Assembly: GCF_006345805.1 (NCBI RefSeq)
Contig: NC_042998.1
Location: forward strand, 178,746,001-178,810,000
Direction of reading: 5' to 3'
Source of the DNA: Octopus sinensis
Lineage: Eukaryota
DNA: 64,000 bases
The notes under the pieces were generated by a model, which saw only the letters and a program-made list of their open reading frames with translations, was not told the origin of the DNA and did not search any database. Both the position numbers and the translations under genes were made by a program. Positions 24,259-38,611 of this stretch are shown here, piece by piece. Position 1 is the stretch's first letter, and each line of letters opens with the position of its first letter.

Positions 24259-24260
<2 letters not shown>
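23290..24260 (+). mobile_element. Two further (GAT)n-tailed RTE 3'-end repeats (23290-23560, 24010-24260)
   Basis: Family tail followed by gatgatgat. Confidence 0.8.
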
Positions 24261-24302
<42 letters not shown>

Positions 24303-24305
24303 TCT

Positions 24306-24346
<41 letters not shown>

Positions 24347-24952
24347 TACATGGATACATTTATATAACACACACAGATACATACACATATATATAACACA
24401 TACATATGTATATGCACATATGCATAGGTGGTGATTCAGCATGGCTGCTGTCAACAGACTGAAGCAAGTAAGTGTAAAAGAATATACATGTATCAGTGTG
24501 TACATGTGTGTATGTGTGTGCATGCACGCATGCGCGCGTGTGTGTGTGTGTGTTATACAGGCATCAAAGCTATTCTTTATCACGCTCACTAAAAAAAAAA
24601 CCATCAATTAGGTGAAATGATCTTTGCAAACTAATTCTGCTGAATATTCTCTGGAAATTGGATTTATTCTCCCCAACCTTGAAAAATAATCAATAATATA
24701 ATCTACAAAGTAGACAAGGGGAAAAAAAATCCTCTACCTGCAAACAAACAAAAAAAAAAAACCGACAACAGTGATCATCACCTAATAAAAATTCTTACTC
24801 ATGTTTGAAAAGATAAGAGTTTAATGTTCTTGGTGTTTTGTGCATTTTTTGTGCACTTTTAAAAACAACCCATTTTAAATTTATTTTTACTCTGTCTATT
24901 TTTGTTATAAGGTAGCTCAGTTTCATTCCAATTAGGCAATCAAGCAGAAAAC

Positions 24953-24983
<31 letters not shown>

Positions 24984-25794
24984 GACAATGGTGATAACTG
25001 CTGCCACTGCTGCCATTACCACCACCGAATGTGTTCGTGTTTTCTTTTTAATGCTTGGGTCCCAACATTGAATTGGAATCAATTCTTTGATGAGATAAGG
25101 CGATGAAAAAAATAATCAATAGTTTTCTATATAGAAATGTAACACACACACATAAACACACAGTTTTGAATGCTTGAATGATCAAATGGAAAAGTTTTTC
25201 TTTTCCTTCACTCTGACTATTTATCATCAAATCTTTAGAAAACAGGCAGTATGAATTCCAAATGTCTAAATTAACTGACAATGTGAATATATAAATAGTA
25301 TGATAGCAGGTTTTTGGCTGTAATAGAGACATGACATGTTCTCCAAGAGTGTGTGGAAGTAAAATGGTAGGATTATTTCTGTCTCCTTTCAGTAGTTCTA
25401 AACATTTCTAATTCATTTTCTTCTTGTGCTTCATTTTGTCTTCTTTCAGTTATTCTCTTTATCTTGAACCACAATCATGCTTCTTCTCATGTTTCTGGTT
25501 GTCATTATGCAGCACTACTCTTTTCTCCAATTCACACTGTACATTGGCATACTATGATAATCTCTGTTTTTTGGGTTTGCTTTTTTTTCTGCAGTTCAAA
25601 GTCAAACGGTTTCTCTGTGACAGAATTTCTTGAGTTGTTTGAGTTGCAATTAGCTGTTGCATATTTGAAAAACTGTTCTTTCACTTCCTTACTCTCTTTC
25701 ATTATTTCCACTCACATCTTTCATTATTTCTTCCCTTCCTCTCTCACATCATATCTCGAATTCTTAAGTCCCCAAGAAGGCTGATTTTCAATCC

Positions 25795-26019
25795 ATGCAC
25801 TATCTATTGATGCAGAGAAATTTCCATTGGACAGACCACACTGCAAGAATTGGCAATGATAGATTCTCAAAGATAGTCTTGTTCTCACAACTGACTGATG
25901 GCTATCAAACCACTGGTAGGCCCAAATCAAGATTCAAAGACACTGTCAAGCAAAACCTAAAAGGTTTATCTATCCCCACTGACAAGTGGTACCAGATAGC
26001 TGGTGATTGCTCTATCTGA
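25795..26019 (+). mobile_element. 3' fragment of a BovB-like RTE from a different subfamily
   Basis: WTDHTARIGNDRFSKIVLFSQLTDG...GRPKSRFKDTVKQNLK resembles the RTE/BovB W.GH..RM.D.R.PK..L...L..G.R..GRP..R.KD C-terminus. Confidence 0.75.
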
Positions 26020-26065
26020 AAAAATTTGATTCATAAAGTCAGTCAACCATTGCCAGTGGACTGAA

Positions 26066-26113
<48 letters not shown>

Positions 26114-26284
26114 AGTGTGTATAGTAGTTATCACATATATTTAACACACAAAAGGTTGTAAGTTCAAAACTTGCTGGAACCTATTAAATTTATATCCACA
26201 GTGGTGCTCCAGCATAACCACAGCTGCATGGCTGAAAAGAATCAAAGAATATAATAATTAGATAAAGATAGTTATGGCCAGTCT

Positions 26285-26348
26285 ATGGGGTTACCCTGGG
26301 TTTCACACCCATAAAGCGCTTAGCTTTACGATCCCTCTTCAGACCCTA
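26285..26348 (-). ncRNA. Type I hammerhead motif (family B) with an intact catalytic core
   Basis: Minus strand: agggt CUGAAGA gggatcgtaaagc-taagc-gctttatgggtgt GAAA CC-cag-GG UA acccc. The core is at 26342-26336 and GAAAC at 26304-26300. Confidence 0.65.
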
Positions 26349-26913
26349 ATGGCTGGTGGCTTCTAGAGTGTGCTTCTCTTTCAGATTTATGATTTACCAA
26401 TGAGACACACATACACACACACATTATCATCACCATCATCATCTAATATCAGTCTTTCTTTCATGCTGCTGGCATGGATTGCTTCAATGTCTACTTTGGC
26501 ATTGCTTCTACAACTGGATGTCTTTCCTAATACCACCCACTTTACAGAGTGTACTGGATGCTTTATTTTTCATGGCACCACCTCTTGTGAGGTTACCATG
26601 TAGCTCACAAGACAAAGATTCCCATCACCTGAGTGAGGTTTCAGAAGATAGGGAGACAGCTTTATGCTAGGAGATGAAAGATTTGATTACAAAAGAAAGG
26701 GTCAGAACAGGCTTTTGGCTGTAATAGAGACATGACACGTTCTCCAAGAGTATATGGAAGTAAGGCAAAATAAAGATGGTAGTGATAAGGTGTCAGGGTA
26801 AGGCCTAGTGGCGGAGAGAAGAACACGAAGGGAGCCTGCACTGGATAAATGTATCAAGAGAGAGTATGGAAACTAGTGAGTGGATTTGGCACATGGAAAC
26901 TGAAAGCCTGTTT

Positions 26914-26981
<68 letters not shown>

Positions 26982-27764
26982 GAGTTTTACACTTCATTGG
27001 AAATAGCTGAGCAACAAACTGTGGCATTGTTGTCATTTCCCCTCTCAACAAATTGTCCACTAGCTTTGCACCTTTGAAGATGCGTAGAATGAAAAGGCCC
27101 CTTACTTGAAAAACTGGTAAGAGTTGATAACAAAAAGGGCAGCTGGTTGTAAAACGATGCTCAATTATATATCAGTCTAACCCATGCTAGCCTGAAAAAA
27201 AAACAGACATAAAAACCAAATGAATGAATGAATAAGCATTCATTTAGTGAAATGGAGTGCTATGGGAAAAAGAACAACGGAGGAAAGAAAAAAATTACTA
27301 CTGTTATTAGGAAATTCCCAGGTCCTTTTAACCCACAGTTATATTTTTGCCACCATTTCACAAGGTCAAAATTATGCCTGATTATTACAATAAAGCTTGG
27401 AAACATGAGCATCTCCTCCAAAGCTACATACACCTTCCAGTCATTTCCACCATTCAGAAGTTTTGAGTTCTGATCTTCCTTTGTTTTATTTCTCCTTCAA
27501 TGACCTTTCTGACACTCATTGTAAAAAACAACAGGGTGCAATTTGGTGCTGATTCTCACCACCCTGATACTTCTGCATTGTTGTTTTAATGCATCCATGA
27601 GGATATCCAATAGTTGGCTATGCCACCAGGTAAGCCTGTAAAGAATGATCTGCAATGATGGCAAAATATTCTTTGATGATGTATGGCCTCCACACTGGAG
27701 ATAATCAACAGTGTCATCCCAGCTTTCACCATCTAGCATTAGCTAGAGATAGAAGAACACCATA

Positions 27765-27960
27765 CATCATCATCATCATCATCGCTTAACGTCCGCTTTC
27801 CATGCTAGCATGGGTTGGACGATTTTGACTGAGGGCTGGCAAGCCAGATGACTGCACTAGGCTTCAATCTGGATTTGGCAGAGTTTCTACAGCTGGATGC
27901 CCTTCCTAACGCCAACCACTCCAAGAGTGTAGTGGGTGCTTTTTACAAGCCACCGGCACA
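27765..27960 (-). mobile_element. (GAT)n-tailed RTE 3'-end repeat
   Basis: catcatcatcatcgcttaacgtccgctttccatgctagcatggg. Confidence 0.8.
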
Positions 27961-30344
27961 AAATATATATAGAAATGGAAGTTCAGTTTATATTTTTAAA
28001 AAATATCCACTACATTGTGTGTGTGTGTGTGTGTGTGTGTACATACACACACACACACAAATGTCATTATCATTATCACATCCACATTTCCATGGTTGCA
28101 TGGGTCAGACAGAATATGCTGGGGTTGATTTTCTATAATCAGATGCCTTTCCCGTCACCAACCCTTACCTGTTTCCAAACAATGTAATATTTCCCCATAA
28201 CCGAGCATGTTTTCAGAAGATTGTAAACAAGCAATCACCATTTGTATGACTGAGTCACTCATGTACAAATATCATACAAAGTTAGAACAAGGATGGGAAC
28301 ACACACACACACACACACACGCGTGTACACACACACACACACACACACATACACACACGTACACACATGCACACACACACCATATGGCTTTAGGTACAAT
28401 CCCACAATGAGTTACTTTAGGCAAGTGTCTTTTATCTCGTCAGGTTGATAAATACCTTGTGAGATTTAGCAGAAGCTTGTTATATAAATACATGTACATT
28501 TTGTGTGCGTTGTGTATGTTCATGTCTATGTCCTTGTTTATTTTTACACTAGCCTATATCTGTGCTTACACTAATAATTAAGTAATTCAACTCATACAGA
28601 TATTTTTCAAAAAATGGGTTTCAAAATTTTAAAACTTCAGAAAAACATAGAAAACTATGGCTTACCATGTTTCATTACTCATATTTGTATATCACGAAAT
28701 AATGAATAACAGACTTTTCAAGCTGCTCAAGCATTAGTATAAATTTTCCAAAACCCTACATTATATTTCTAAAAAACCAAAGTGTACCTAGATGGTCCTT
28801 TGTAACACAGTAGTGCACCATTTGAGACGCACTAATCTAAGGAAACTCAAAATCTCAGAATAGTTTTTCAACATGCGCTGTCATTTAACTGGTTTTAACT
28901 CAAAATATCACAGTGCAACTAAGTATGTTTTATGTATATATATTATATGTTAGATCATCTACTAATGTGTAGTGGAAGGTATAATTAGCATTCACATTGT
29001 ACAGTGTCTGTCACCATTTCACAATCCTACAACCACCCTATCATTCCTTTCCCTGCCTCTGTAGTTGTAGCTGTCAATACCATCCTTACAATAGTTCTGG
29101 AACTGCTCAACCTTAAATGACATTCTAGTGGATGTTACCTGTTAAATTAGTGGCCTACAACTTACATCAAGTTTATATTGAAATATTAAAGAAAGTAAAC
29201 CAAACTGGGAAATAAAATAAACCACAAACATGATTTTTTTAAAAGTAAACAAACTACAAGGAAACATTAATAAATGGTATTAAAAACTAAAATAGCCATG
29301 ATAAAGGAAAACTTTTTGCAGGCAATATTGAAACAAAATTATATATTGTAGTTAACCCTATCTGAATAGATTTACAATTAAAAACATTCTAACTTTGTAG
29401 GTATAGTGTATCTAGGACTACATTGTTCAATGAATCCTTTTACTTTTAAGAAAGCAGGTTTCGATTTCCATCTGGTCAAATAGTGATGTAGCAGTTCCTT
29501 TGTTGAACTCAAAGCCACATGTTAATAAGGATAAAGAATGAGATCATGAAATGTTCATGATTAACTTAAGGATCTAAAGGAAGAGAATTGACAAGTATCT
29601 TTCAAATGGAAATAAACCTAATATAAAGATTCTGAACATACAAAACTAATATTAATTTGCATAATGGATATGATAAAAAAAAAAAGGAACATAAAGGAAA
29701 ACTTAACAATCATACCAAAGCTCACAATTTTACACATAATCTATGCAATAACCCACCTGAGCATGGCACACACTCTCTCACAAGACCTTGGTACAGTAAT
29801 GCAATTTTCACAATGAACGCACACACACACACACACACACACATGCACATGTGCGTGCACACACACACTACATGTGGCTCTCTTAATGCTATGAAATCTT
29901 TTAGATATGCTAATACTTCTCTGAAACATTAGGGATTATCTCTGGATTTTGTAGCATTAGACTAATGAAAGATAAATTTCTATAACAGAAGCTTTTAAAC
30001 AGAACTTGAACCCAGCACTGCATACCAACAAATCACTAATTCCACACTGCTATCATGGCTGACAGCAATAACTTATGACAGCCATTATACTTAATTGTAT
30101 TATTAGCTACTGATAGGAGAGTGTGGTAAATTCAATTGCCATGAAAAGTAAAGAATCCAATATTTTGGATTCTTGCTCTTTATCTGAGAGTAAGGAAGTA
30201 AGAGTAAGTGATGTTATCACTTTGGTTAGAGGCAATGAACTTACAATATAAACTATTCTATGGTCTCTACTGTCACTTGACCATTTATGGTCTCTACATG
30301 CATTTCATATCTATATGACCTCAAGACCCACTGCTACTTGATGC

Positions 30345-30693
30345 AATATGCAAGTGTCATAGTTCTAGTGCATGCATATACAGCTGCGTGCATGCGCACA
30401 TACACGCGAGTACTATCCAAATCTCCGACCAATCACATACAGCTAGCTGGCATTCAACTGGCGTATTAAGTTTTGGGCATTTTGATTGGGTTTTGGATAG
30501 AAAATTCACAAAATGTCACTTCTGTTGATTTTTTAATAGCTTTGCGGCGTGACTGGGGAAATGTAAAAATATGCACGACCACCCTTGGACGGTTTTGAAT
30601 GACCATAGAAAATGCGAGCCCTCTAACTGAAAAATTGTGGATTTGTATAAAGGACACACACACAGACATTTTGCCATTTATATATAGAGAGAT
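30345..30693 (+). mobile_element. Helentron/DINE-1-like non-autonomous element (5' end degraded)
   Basis: Near-identical to 32651-33008; ends ggacacacacacagacattttgccatttatatatagagagat. Confidence 0.55.
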
Positions 30694-30897
30694 GTCACAT
30701 TATAAAACAACACTATAATGACCAACACAAAATATCTCACAACATAATACATTCTCACCTACTACTTCCTCTCCACCAGTAAATGTAGCTAACACTTGAG
30801 AAACTGAGAAAAGCATGTTTTTGTTGTTATCTAATTTTAGGTTATGCCTGATTAAGCAAATACTAGGGATTAAGAGCATTCAAGCCTCACTAACCCA

Positions 30898-32030
30898 TAT
30901 TTTTTAAACCAGAAATTCTGTACCTAAAAGTACATCATCAATTAGTCTATTTTTATTATGCTGATAAGGTGTACTTTAAAGATCGTAGGAAATTTGGCTG
31001 CTTTTTCTCATAGGTTAAGCTACCGTGTGAGCTGAATACACTAAAGTTGTGTGTTTGATTCCTGGTGATGTGTTGTGTCCTTGAGTAAGACACTTTATTT
31101 CACAGTGCTCCAAATCAGCTGGCAAAAATGAAATGTACCTGTAGCTCAAAGGACCAGCCTTGTCCCATTCAGTCTATCACACTGAATCTCCCTGAGAACT
31201 TCATTAAGAGTACACATGTGTGTGGAGTGCTCAGCCACTTACAAGTAAATTTCATGAATAGGCTATTGATCAAATCAACTGGAATACTTGTCATCATAAC
31301 TGACAGAGTGCCCCAGCCAAAGCAACCATGTAGGAACAACTATGAGCCAGTGATAGAACCTCTACATAGTCACTAGACCTGCAAGAAATAACAGTCAAGT
31401 CTCCCTCAAAACACATCCTAGCAACTTAAGAAAAGAATGACACATTGGATATTATAGTGATGAATTTATACAAGAATAGTGTGGTCATGGCTGGAATACC
31501 TTTGACCAGAGGCTAAACAACAACAGTCACCACCATTGCGACCACCATGTAGTGGCCCCTTCATTGTCAGCTGCATATATACAGCTCATGATGGACTGTA
31601 AAACACATTTAAAAAAAAAATTACTTTTGCCATCACATAACTAGAAGTGGGAGGGCAGCTCTCTGACCTTTTTCAGGGCTTCCGAAACACATGGGAGGAA
31701 GAAAAGGAGTTATCCTTAGACCATGATCTTGCTCAGAAGGCTTGCAACAGAATGGACACTGCTAAATCACCCAAGGGCCAAATAGTAATTTAAATCAAGA
31801 TAAAGGATTAAGTCTCCTACATGTTTCTGCATTGTTTCCATCTAGCAAATTTGATTCAAAGGTTTGGTCAACTAAAAGCTTTGGTAGAAGACACTTGCCC
31901 AAGGTGTCACTCTGTGGGATTGAACTCTAAACCAGGTAACTGCAAAACTAACTTCATAACCAAACAGACATGTCAGTGTTCCAGCTCAAGATAAACAAAT
32001 ATCAGTCAATAAGTACATATAATATATATG
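30898..32030 (+). repeat. Source segments A (30898-31319) and B (31625-32030) of a local duplication
   Basis: B recurs directly at 38612-39017 and A recurs inverted at 39018-39439. Confidence 0.9.
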
Positions 32031-32606
32031 CAAAAGTAAGATTCAAGGATCAAAGTGTAGGAAGCTAGTAAGCTTCAAGCAGTTCATAGAAGGTATAAAA
32101 AAAACAACTTTCAGTGGTTTATTGAGGGTTGTAAATTTTTCCTATATCAGAGATTAATAAGCTGCAAAAAGTTATTTTATAGCTTATAGTTAATAGCTAG
32201 GGTTGCTGTGTATGTGAATAGAAATCCCAAATTATGGAATGGAATAGATAAATTCAGGCCACTTGTTTCATAGCTAGCAGAACCTCAGAAGTAGCAATTG
32301 TCCAAACGAGGGGTACTCCACTAACTACATGTCAGGCCAAAGATACCTTAATTGAATGAAGTTTACATTGCTGTCAAGGGACCCCATGTTAACTTGCAGG
32401 AGATGCGATTGAAAAAGCATGGAAAACACAAAAATTAAGAAGAAAAGGGAAAGCATATTAGTGAAAAAGTAATAAATGGGTGTAAAGAAAAGGAATAGGA
32501 GGAAAAAGTTTGGTGTTATTGAAGCTAACTAGGGGAATGTCGTTATGAAATTAGGCTGGGGTCATTTATGGGTCTACTGTAGAATAAATAAGTAAACATA
32601 TTGTAA

Positions 32607-32639
<33 letters not shown>

Positions 32640-32650
32640 ATATATATGCA

Positions 32651-33008
32651 TACAAGCACTATGACCCGGCAACACCGGGTCATAGTGCTAGTGCATGCAT
32701 ATACAGCTGCGTGCATGCACACATACAGGCGAGTAGTGTCCAAATCTCCGACCAATCACATACAGCTAGCTGGCATTCAATTGGTGTATCAAGTTTTGGG
32801 CATTTTGATTGGGTTTTGGATAGAAAATTCACAAAAAAGTCACTTCTATTGATTTTTTTTAATGGCTTTGCAGGGTGACTGGGGAAATGTAAAGATATGC
32901 ACGACCACCCTTGGACAGTTTTGAATGACTATAGAAAGTGCGAGCCCTCTAACTGAAAAATTGTGGATTTGTATAAAGGACACACACACAGACATTTTGC
33001 CGTTTATA
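32651..33008 (+). mobile_element. Helentron/DINE-1-like non-autonomous element
   Basis: 5' subterminal perfect 14-bp hairpin gcactatgacccgg-caaca-ccgggtcatagtgc (32656-32688) followed by tagt; (CA)n near the 3' end; sits next to (TA)n. Confidence 0.6.
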
Positions 33009-33296
33009 ATTCTCTCGCAGGAAGGACTAGTTTGGCGAGTCGTGTTCTGTCTTGCCGAAACACGCTGGAGTCGAACTAGTGACAGCTGATGAACGGGATT
33101 TTTCCTTGTGTAGTATGTCCTGTACTCTGTTTTTCTGTTGTAAAAAAATGGTTTTTCCGTTTTCGTTTCTCGTTGAGTTCTACGTCTATTTGTGGTGTCC
33201 TGTACTCACGTATATATATTTATATATGCATATATATACATGTAGATGTAGGTACGTACATATATGTTTGTATGTATGCATATATTTTATTTATTA

Positions 33297-33340
<44 letters not shown>

Positions 33341-33414
33341 AGGGCAGCCTTCTGACAGAATGACTAGCATGCTGGCTGGCTAAAATGTTTAGCAGAATTT
33401 CATCTGTCTTCACA

Positions 33415-33761
<347 letters not shown>

Positions 33762-33771
33762 CATATATATA

Positions 33772-36145
33772 TCATCATCATCATCATCATCGTTTAACGT
33801 CCGCTTTCCGCGCTAGCACGGGTTGGACGGTTCGACCGGGTCTGGGAAGTCAGGGGCCGCTCCAGGCTCCAGTCTGAATCTGGCAGAGTTTCTACGGCTG
33901 GATGCCCTTCCTAACGCCAACCACTCCGTGAGTGGATTGGGTGCTTTTACGTGCCAACTGCACAGGGGCCGGAGGGTCCGGCATCGTCACGATCGGTTCG
34001 AGCATTTTAACGTGTCAGCGGCACGGGGGCAACGAGGTCCGGGGTACTTTGGGGATCGGGGTACTTTGGGGATCCAGGGTACTTTGGGGATCTGGGTACT
34101 TAGAATGGGTAGGGGGTATGTGGAATTGCTGCAGAAAGCAGCCCGGGTCTTTGTAGTCACAGCATATCTCCAGAGATCTCGGTCCTTCGCCATTGCCTCA
34201 GTGAGGCCCAATGCTCTGAGGTCATGCTTGACCACCTCATCCCATGTCTTCCTGGGTCTACCTCTCCCCCTGATACCTTCAACTGTTTGGGAGTGGCACT
34301 TCTTCACACATCTCTCTTCATCCATCCGCAGCACATGACCATACCATCGCAAGCGTCGCTCTTGCACACCACATCTGATGCTTCTTATATCCAGCATTTC
34401 TCTCAGGATACTTACACTCTGTTTTGCGTGCACACTGACACTACACATCCAGCGGATCATGCTAGCTTCATTTCTTTCAAGTCTACGCATGTCTTCTGCA
34501 GTCACAGCCCATGTTTCATTACCGTGAAGCATGGCAGTTCGCACACATGCATCATACAATCTACCTTTTGCTCTGAGGGAGAGACCTTTTGTTGCCAGTA
34601 GGGGTAGGAGCTTTCTGAACTTTGCCCAGGCTATTCGTATTCTAGTGGTGATACTCTCTGTGCATCCACCTCCGCTACTAACTTGGTCACCCAGGTAGCG
34701 GAAACTATCAACTACTTCTAGTTTCTCTCCCTGGAGTGTGATGGAATCTGTTTTCTGAGTGTCTGTTGTGTCTATTGTCCCTGTGCATCTGCCGCACATG
34801 AAAGCTATCTTATCTGTTAATTTCCCTTTAATGTTGCTGCACCTCTTATGTGTCCATAACTTACATGGGTGCATCTTATGGAGTTTCTACCTGTACCTTT
34901 CCTACAGGTTGAGCAGGGCCACCTACCCGAGGGGATGTGTGCTGAGTACCTCTTGCTGCTTACTAATACTTTGGTCTTTGCTACATTTATTCTAAGGCCC
35001 TTTGATTCCAACCCTTGCTTCCACACCCGAAATTTCTCTTCTAGTTCCGGTAGTGATTCTGCTATGAGAGCTAGGTCATCGGCATAGAGGAGCTCCCAGG
35101 GGCATCCCGTTTTGAATTCCTCTGTTATTGCCTGAAGGACTATGATGAATAAAAGGGGACTGAGGGCTGAGCCCTGGTGCACACCTACTTCTACCCGGAA
35201 TTCTTCACTATATTCGTTGCCAATCCTAACCTTGCTGACAGCCTCTCTGTATAGAGCCTGTACAGCCCTTATTAGCCATTCTTCAATCTCCAGTTTCCGC
35301 ATCGACCACCAGATAAGGGAACGGGGAACCCTGTCAAAGGCTTTCTCCAAGTCTACAAAAGCTATGTAGAGGGTTTATCTTTAGCTAGGTACTTCTCCTG
35401 CAGTTGTCGGACCAGGAATATAGCATCAATGGTGCTTCTACCTGGTACAAAACCGAACTGCATTTCATCTAAACAAATTCTCTCCCTAATGAGATTGGTT
35501 ATGACCTTCTCTGAGACCTTCATCACCTGGTCCAACAGTTTGATACCTCTGTAGTTATTTCTATCTAGAGCATCACCCTTACCCTTGTAGCAGTTGACTA
35601 TGGTGCTGCTGCACCAGTCATTGGGTATGACTCCATTGTGAACTACTTGGTTTACAATGCGGGTGACTATGGCATAGCCCACATAGCCAGCTGTTTTAAG
35701 CATCTCAGCAGTGATTCCTGATAGGCCAGGGGCTTTGCCTGGTTTCATATCCTTAATTGCCTTATCTACAAGGGAGCTGTCTATTCGGGTAGCTGGTCCC
35801 TCTACTGGGTCAACATTTGGCAGGCTCTCCTCCTCCCATTCATTCTCCTCATTCAGCAGTCTTTCATAATGGCTTCTCCAAGCCTCTTTCTTTTCACTAG
35901 TAGTAAAAGCAAGTGCCCCATCATCCATGCGGACACATTTCTCTCCTATAACATCGCTATTTTCTCTGACACACTGTCTGGCAATCCGAAATACTTCAGC
36001 TCTTTGATCCTCGCGACGCTGGACATTGGCAAACTTCTTCTTTTCTGCTACATCTTTGGCAATGTATACCTGCCGCCCAGCCTCCCTTTTGGCTATCTGG
36101 TACAGTTCCCTGCTGCCCCCATCCTTCCAGGCTTTCCAGGCCCGT
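33772..36145 (-). mobile_element. Best-preserved RTE LINE in the window: 5'-truncated RT with 3'UTR and (GAT)n tail
   Basis: ORFs 35362-35928, 34817-35350 and 33987-34874 form a continuous RT-C-terminal reading split by two frameshifts (QFGFVPGRSTIDAIFLVRQLQEK, EKAFDRV, GVHQGS, LLYADDL, RLRWYGHVLRM). Confidence 0.95.
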
Positions 36146-38611
36146 TACAGTGTCATGGAGAGTTGGTGGTGGCGGTGGGGTGGGCTATTTTTTGTAAAGA
36201 AGTAGAGGAGCAAGGAATAGGAGGTGGGGGGAGAAGACAGTAAATATTGTATAATTAAATAGCAAGACTGCAAATACATTGAATGATAAACTCTGTGTGT
36301 GTGTATGTAAACAGGAAATAGAATAAGGAGAAGGTAAGAGAGGGAAGTACTGACCTTTGGTAGTTTGCTATCAGGTGTTAAGAATAAGAGGAATTTTAAG
36401 TAAATATTGTCTGCCGTTGGTAGATCAAGCTGGTTAAATAATAATAGTTCACAGTATTTTAGTAGTGTTGACAGCTTAACAGAGTGTTGTGTGTGTGTGT
36501 GTACTAGGGTGAGGAGAGTGTAAGGGGAGTGGTGTGTCACAACTTGAAGAGCCAGGAAAAAGCAAGTTAATGGGTAATGAAAATTGAAGATATATAAAAG
36601 CAAAAAATCTATCATTACCTGTCTGCCCCCCCCCCGGCCCCACTCCCTCATTCAAATATGAAAAAGAAATCAGTGTGAGAAAGAAAAAAAAAATGCTCTT
36701 ATCAAAGAAATCCACCACCCTTCCCCCACCCTGTCTCTATAAAAAGGCTTTGTTCCAGATCATTAAATTTGTCTCCACTACAGAATACAAATTACATACA
36801 GTTCAACTCCATTAATTTTGCTTGTTTGTTTGTTTTTAGATGAGACAAGTCACCATAAACTCTGCTTTTGAATTTGTTAAATATTTATCTGCAGAAGAAC
36901 TTCTAATCCTTATTCTTAATAATCTCATCTTCCTTAACACTTGTTTCAGTCACTTGACTGTTGCCAATATTGGCACACCGCCAATCAAAGGTTTTAGCCA
37001 GTTTCATCAATCTTGGCACTCATTTTACTAATCTCTAATAATGACCTTGAATTGTCCCCTTTTAGAGAATGACCTCTCCTTAGGGAGTAAATACAACCAA
37101 GAATTAACACCAATGAACCCTACCTGTAAAGAAACACTTGCACATGCACACACACACACATACACATACACACACTAGCATGGAAAAATGGACATAAAAA
37201 TGAACAAATGAACGATATACATAATGAGCCTTCGTTCAGCTTTTGTTAACTAAATTTCATGCGTAAGATACTGGTCAGCTTGAGGCTGCTGTAGAAAACA
37301 CTTGCAGAAAGTGTTATACGGTGGGATTAAATCTGGATCAATGTGGTTTTTGAAGTGGATTTTTTTTTTTGTAACCACATAAGCATGCCATTGTAGATAT
37401 TTTTAAACTAAGCACTAGAGTTACTTAATGCAGTGAGATTAAAGGTTGGTTAGTCAACTAATCTAATTAGTTTAAACTTTACTACAGATATTATTTTGAG
37501 TTTTTCTAGGTTAAGAAATGTGTGGCTTAGTTATAATTTTTTTACTCACTGTTTGGGTGGTTAGAAAAGAGTGGTGGGGAGCATATAGAGTAACAAGTTA
37601 CTCTGAACAATATGAAGAGAGGAAGAGAAGGAGAGATGAAGAGAGAAAGAGAGAGAGAGAGAGGGAGAGAGAGAGAGGTGATGTTAGGGAAAAATAAGTT
37701 GGCTGAAGGTAGTTATTTAGAAAGTACACATTTTCCTTCTATATCGGTATAGTATGGACAGATTGGAAGCATTAGCAACCATGCAACATTTCTTTTGACT
37801 GGCCACCAACAAAAATATCCTATCATTTTGGAGCCAGGCTATCTGAGTAGAGGAATGAAATAGCTCATCAGCTGACTGGTCCAAAACAGGTACAGTAGCT
37901 GATTGCTCAAGAAGTAGTGATTGATGCCAGCTGGTTTGGGTAGATGAAATTAAACTAAATTTGTAGATTTACATTCATATTGCTGACATGCCAAAAGTAT
38001 CATGAGATAATCTGTCATAATCTCTTCCTGGATTGTTATTCACTAAAAAAATAGTAATTGTTTTTTGTTTTGTTTTTTTGTTTTTTTTTAAGTGAGAAGT
38101 GAATAATTTCTGTTTATGCACAAATCAAGCTAACCATAGTATATGTGGTTCCAATATAGTTTTCCTGTACACTGACAGAGAAGCTGGAGTAACTGGGGTA
38201 CTAATGTGGTTTAGTGATCACTGAGTGTAATGCTGAGTCTGGTGTTAGATAACTCTCCAAATGAGCTTTTATTCAGATGGTCAATGCTAACAGTCTCCTC
38301 TTTTCAGCATACATTAATGACAGAATACTTGGTAGTCAACTTGCAAGATCCTTTTGTAGAGTGCCTGAAATGGTTTCATTTTACTTCTTAGTTCCTTTGA
38401 TTCTAAGAAGAGCACAGGTCACTAAAAAAGATATAGCCATCCATCTCAATCCTTGGTAATGGATTGCAATTGTCTCCAGTTGTAGCCACTGCAAATGCTT
38501 CAGTTTCTAAGGACTTTATGTTGTTTTTGATTTGCTATGCTTCTGTTTCTTTTGGATGTCCATTGGAGAGTTTGCCTTGTAATGTTGAAAATAAGTTTCC
38601 AGTCAATACCA

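Noticed and set aside
25315-26770. Roughly 55-bp direct repeat at 25.3 and 26.7 kb as LTRs
   Set aside because: Too short, with no TG..CA ends or primer-binding site; probably fragments of an interspersed repeat.
27300-27740. Possible mariner remnant and a short minus-strand ORF
   Set aside because: Resemblance to the WE.L.HPPYSPDLAPSD motif is too faint, and the ORF matches nothing I recognise.
33030-33100. GAAAC...CTGATGA as a permuted (type II) hammerhead
   Set aside because: Stems I and II cannot be formed convincingly.
36355-36542. Possible minus-strand non-coding exon (ttcaag| ... |gtcagt)
   Set aside because: Only splice-like motifs support it; such matches are frequent by chance.
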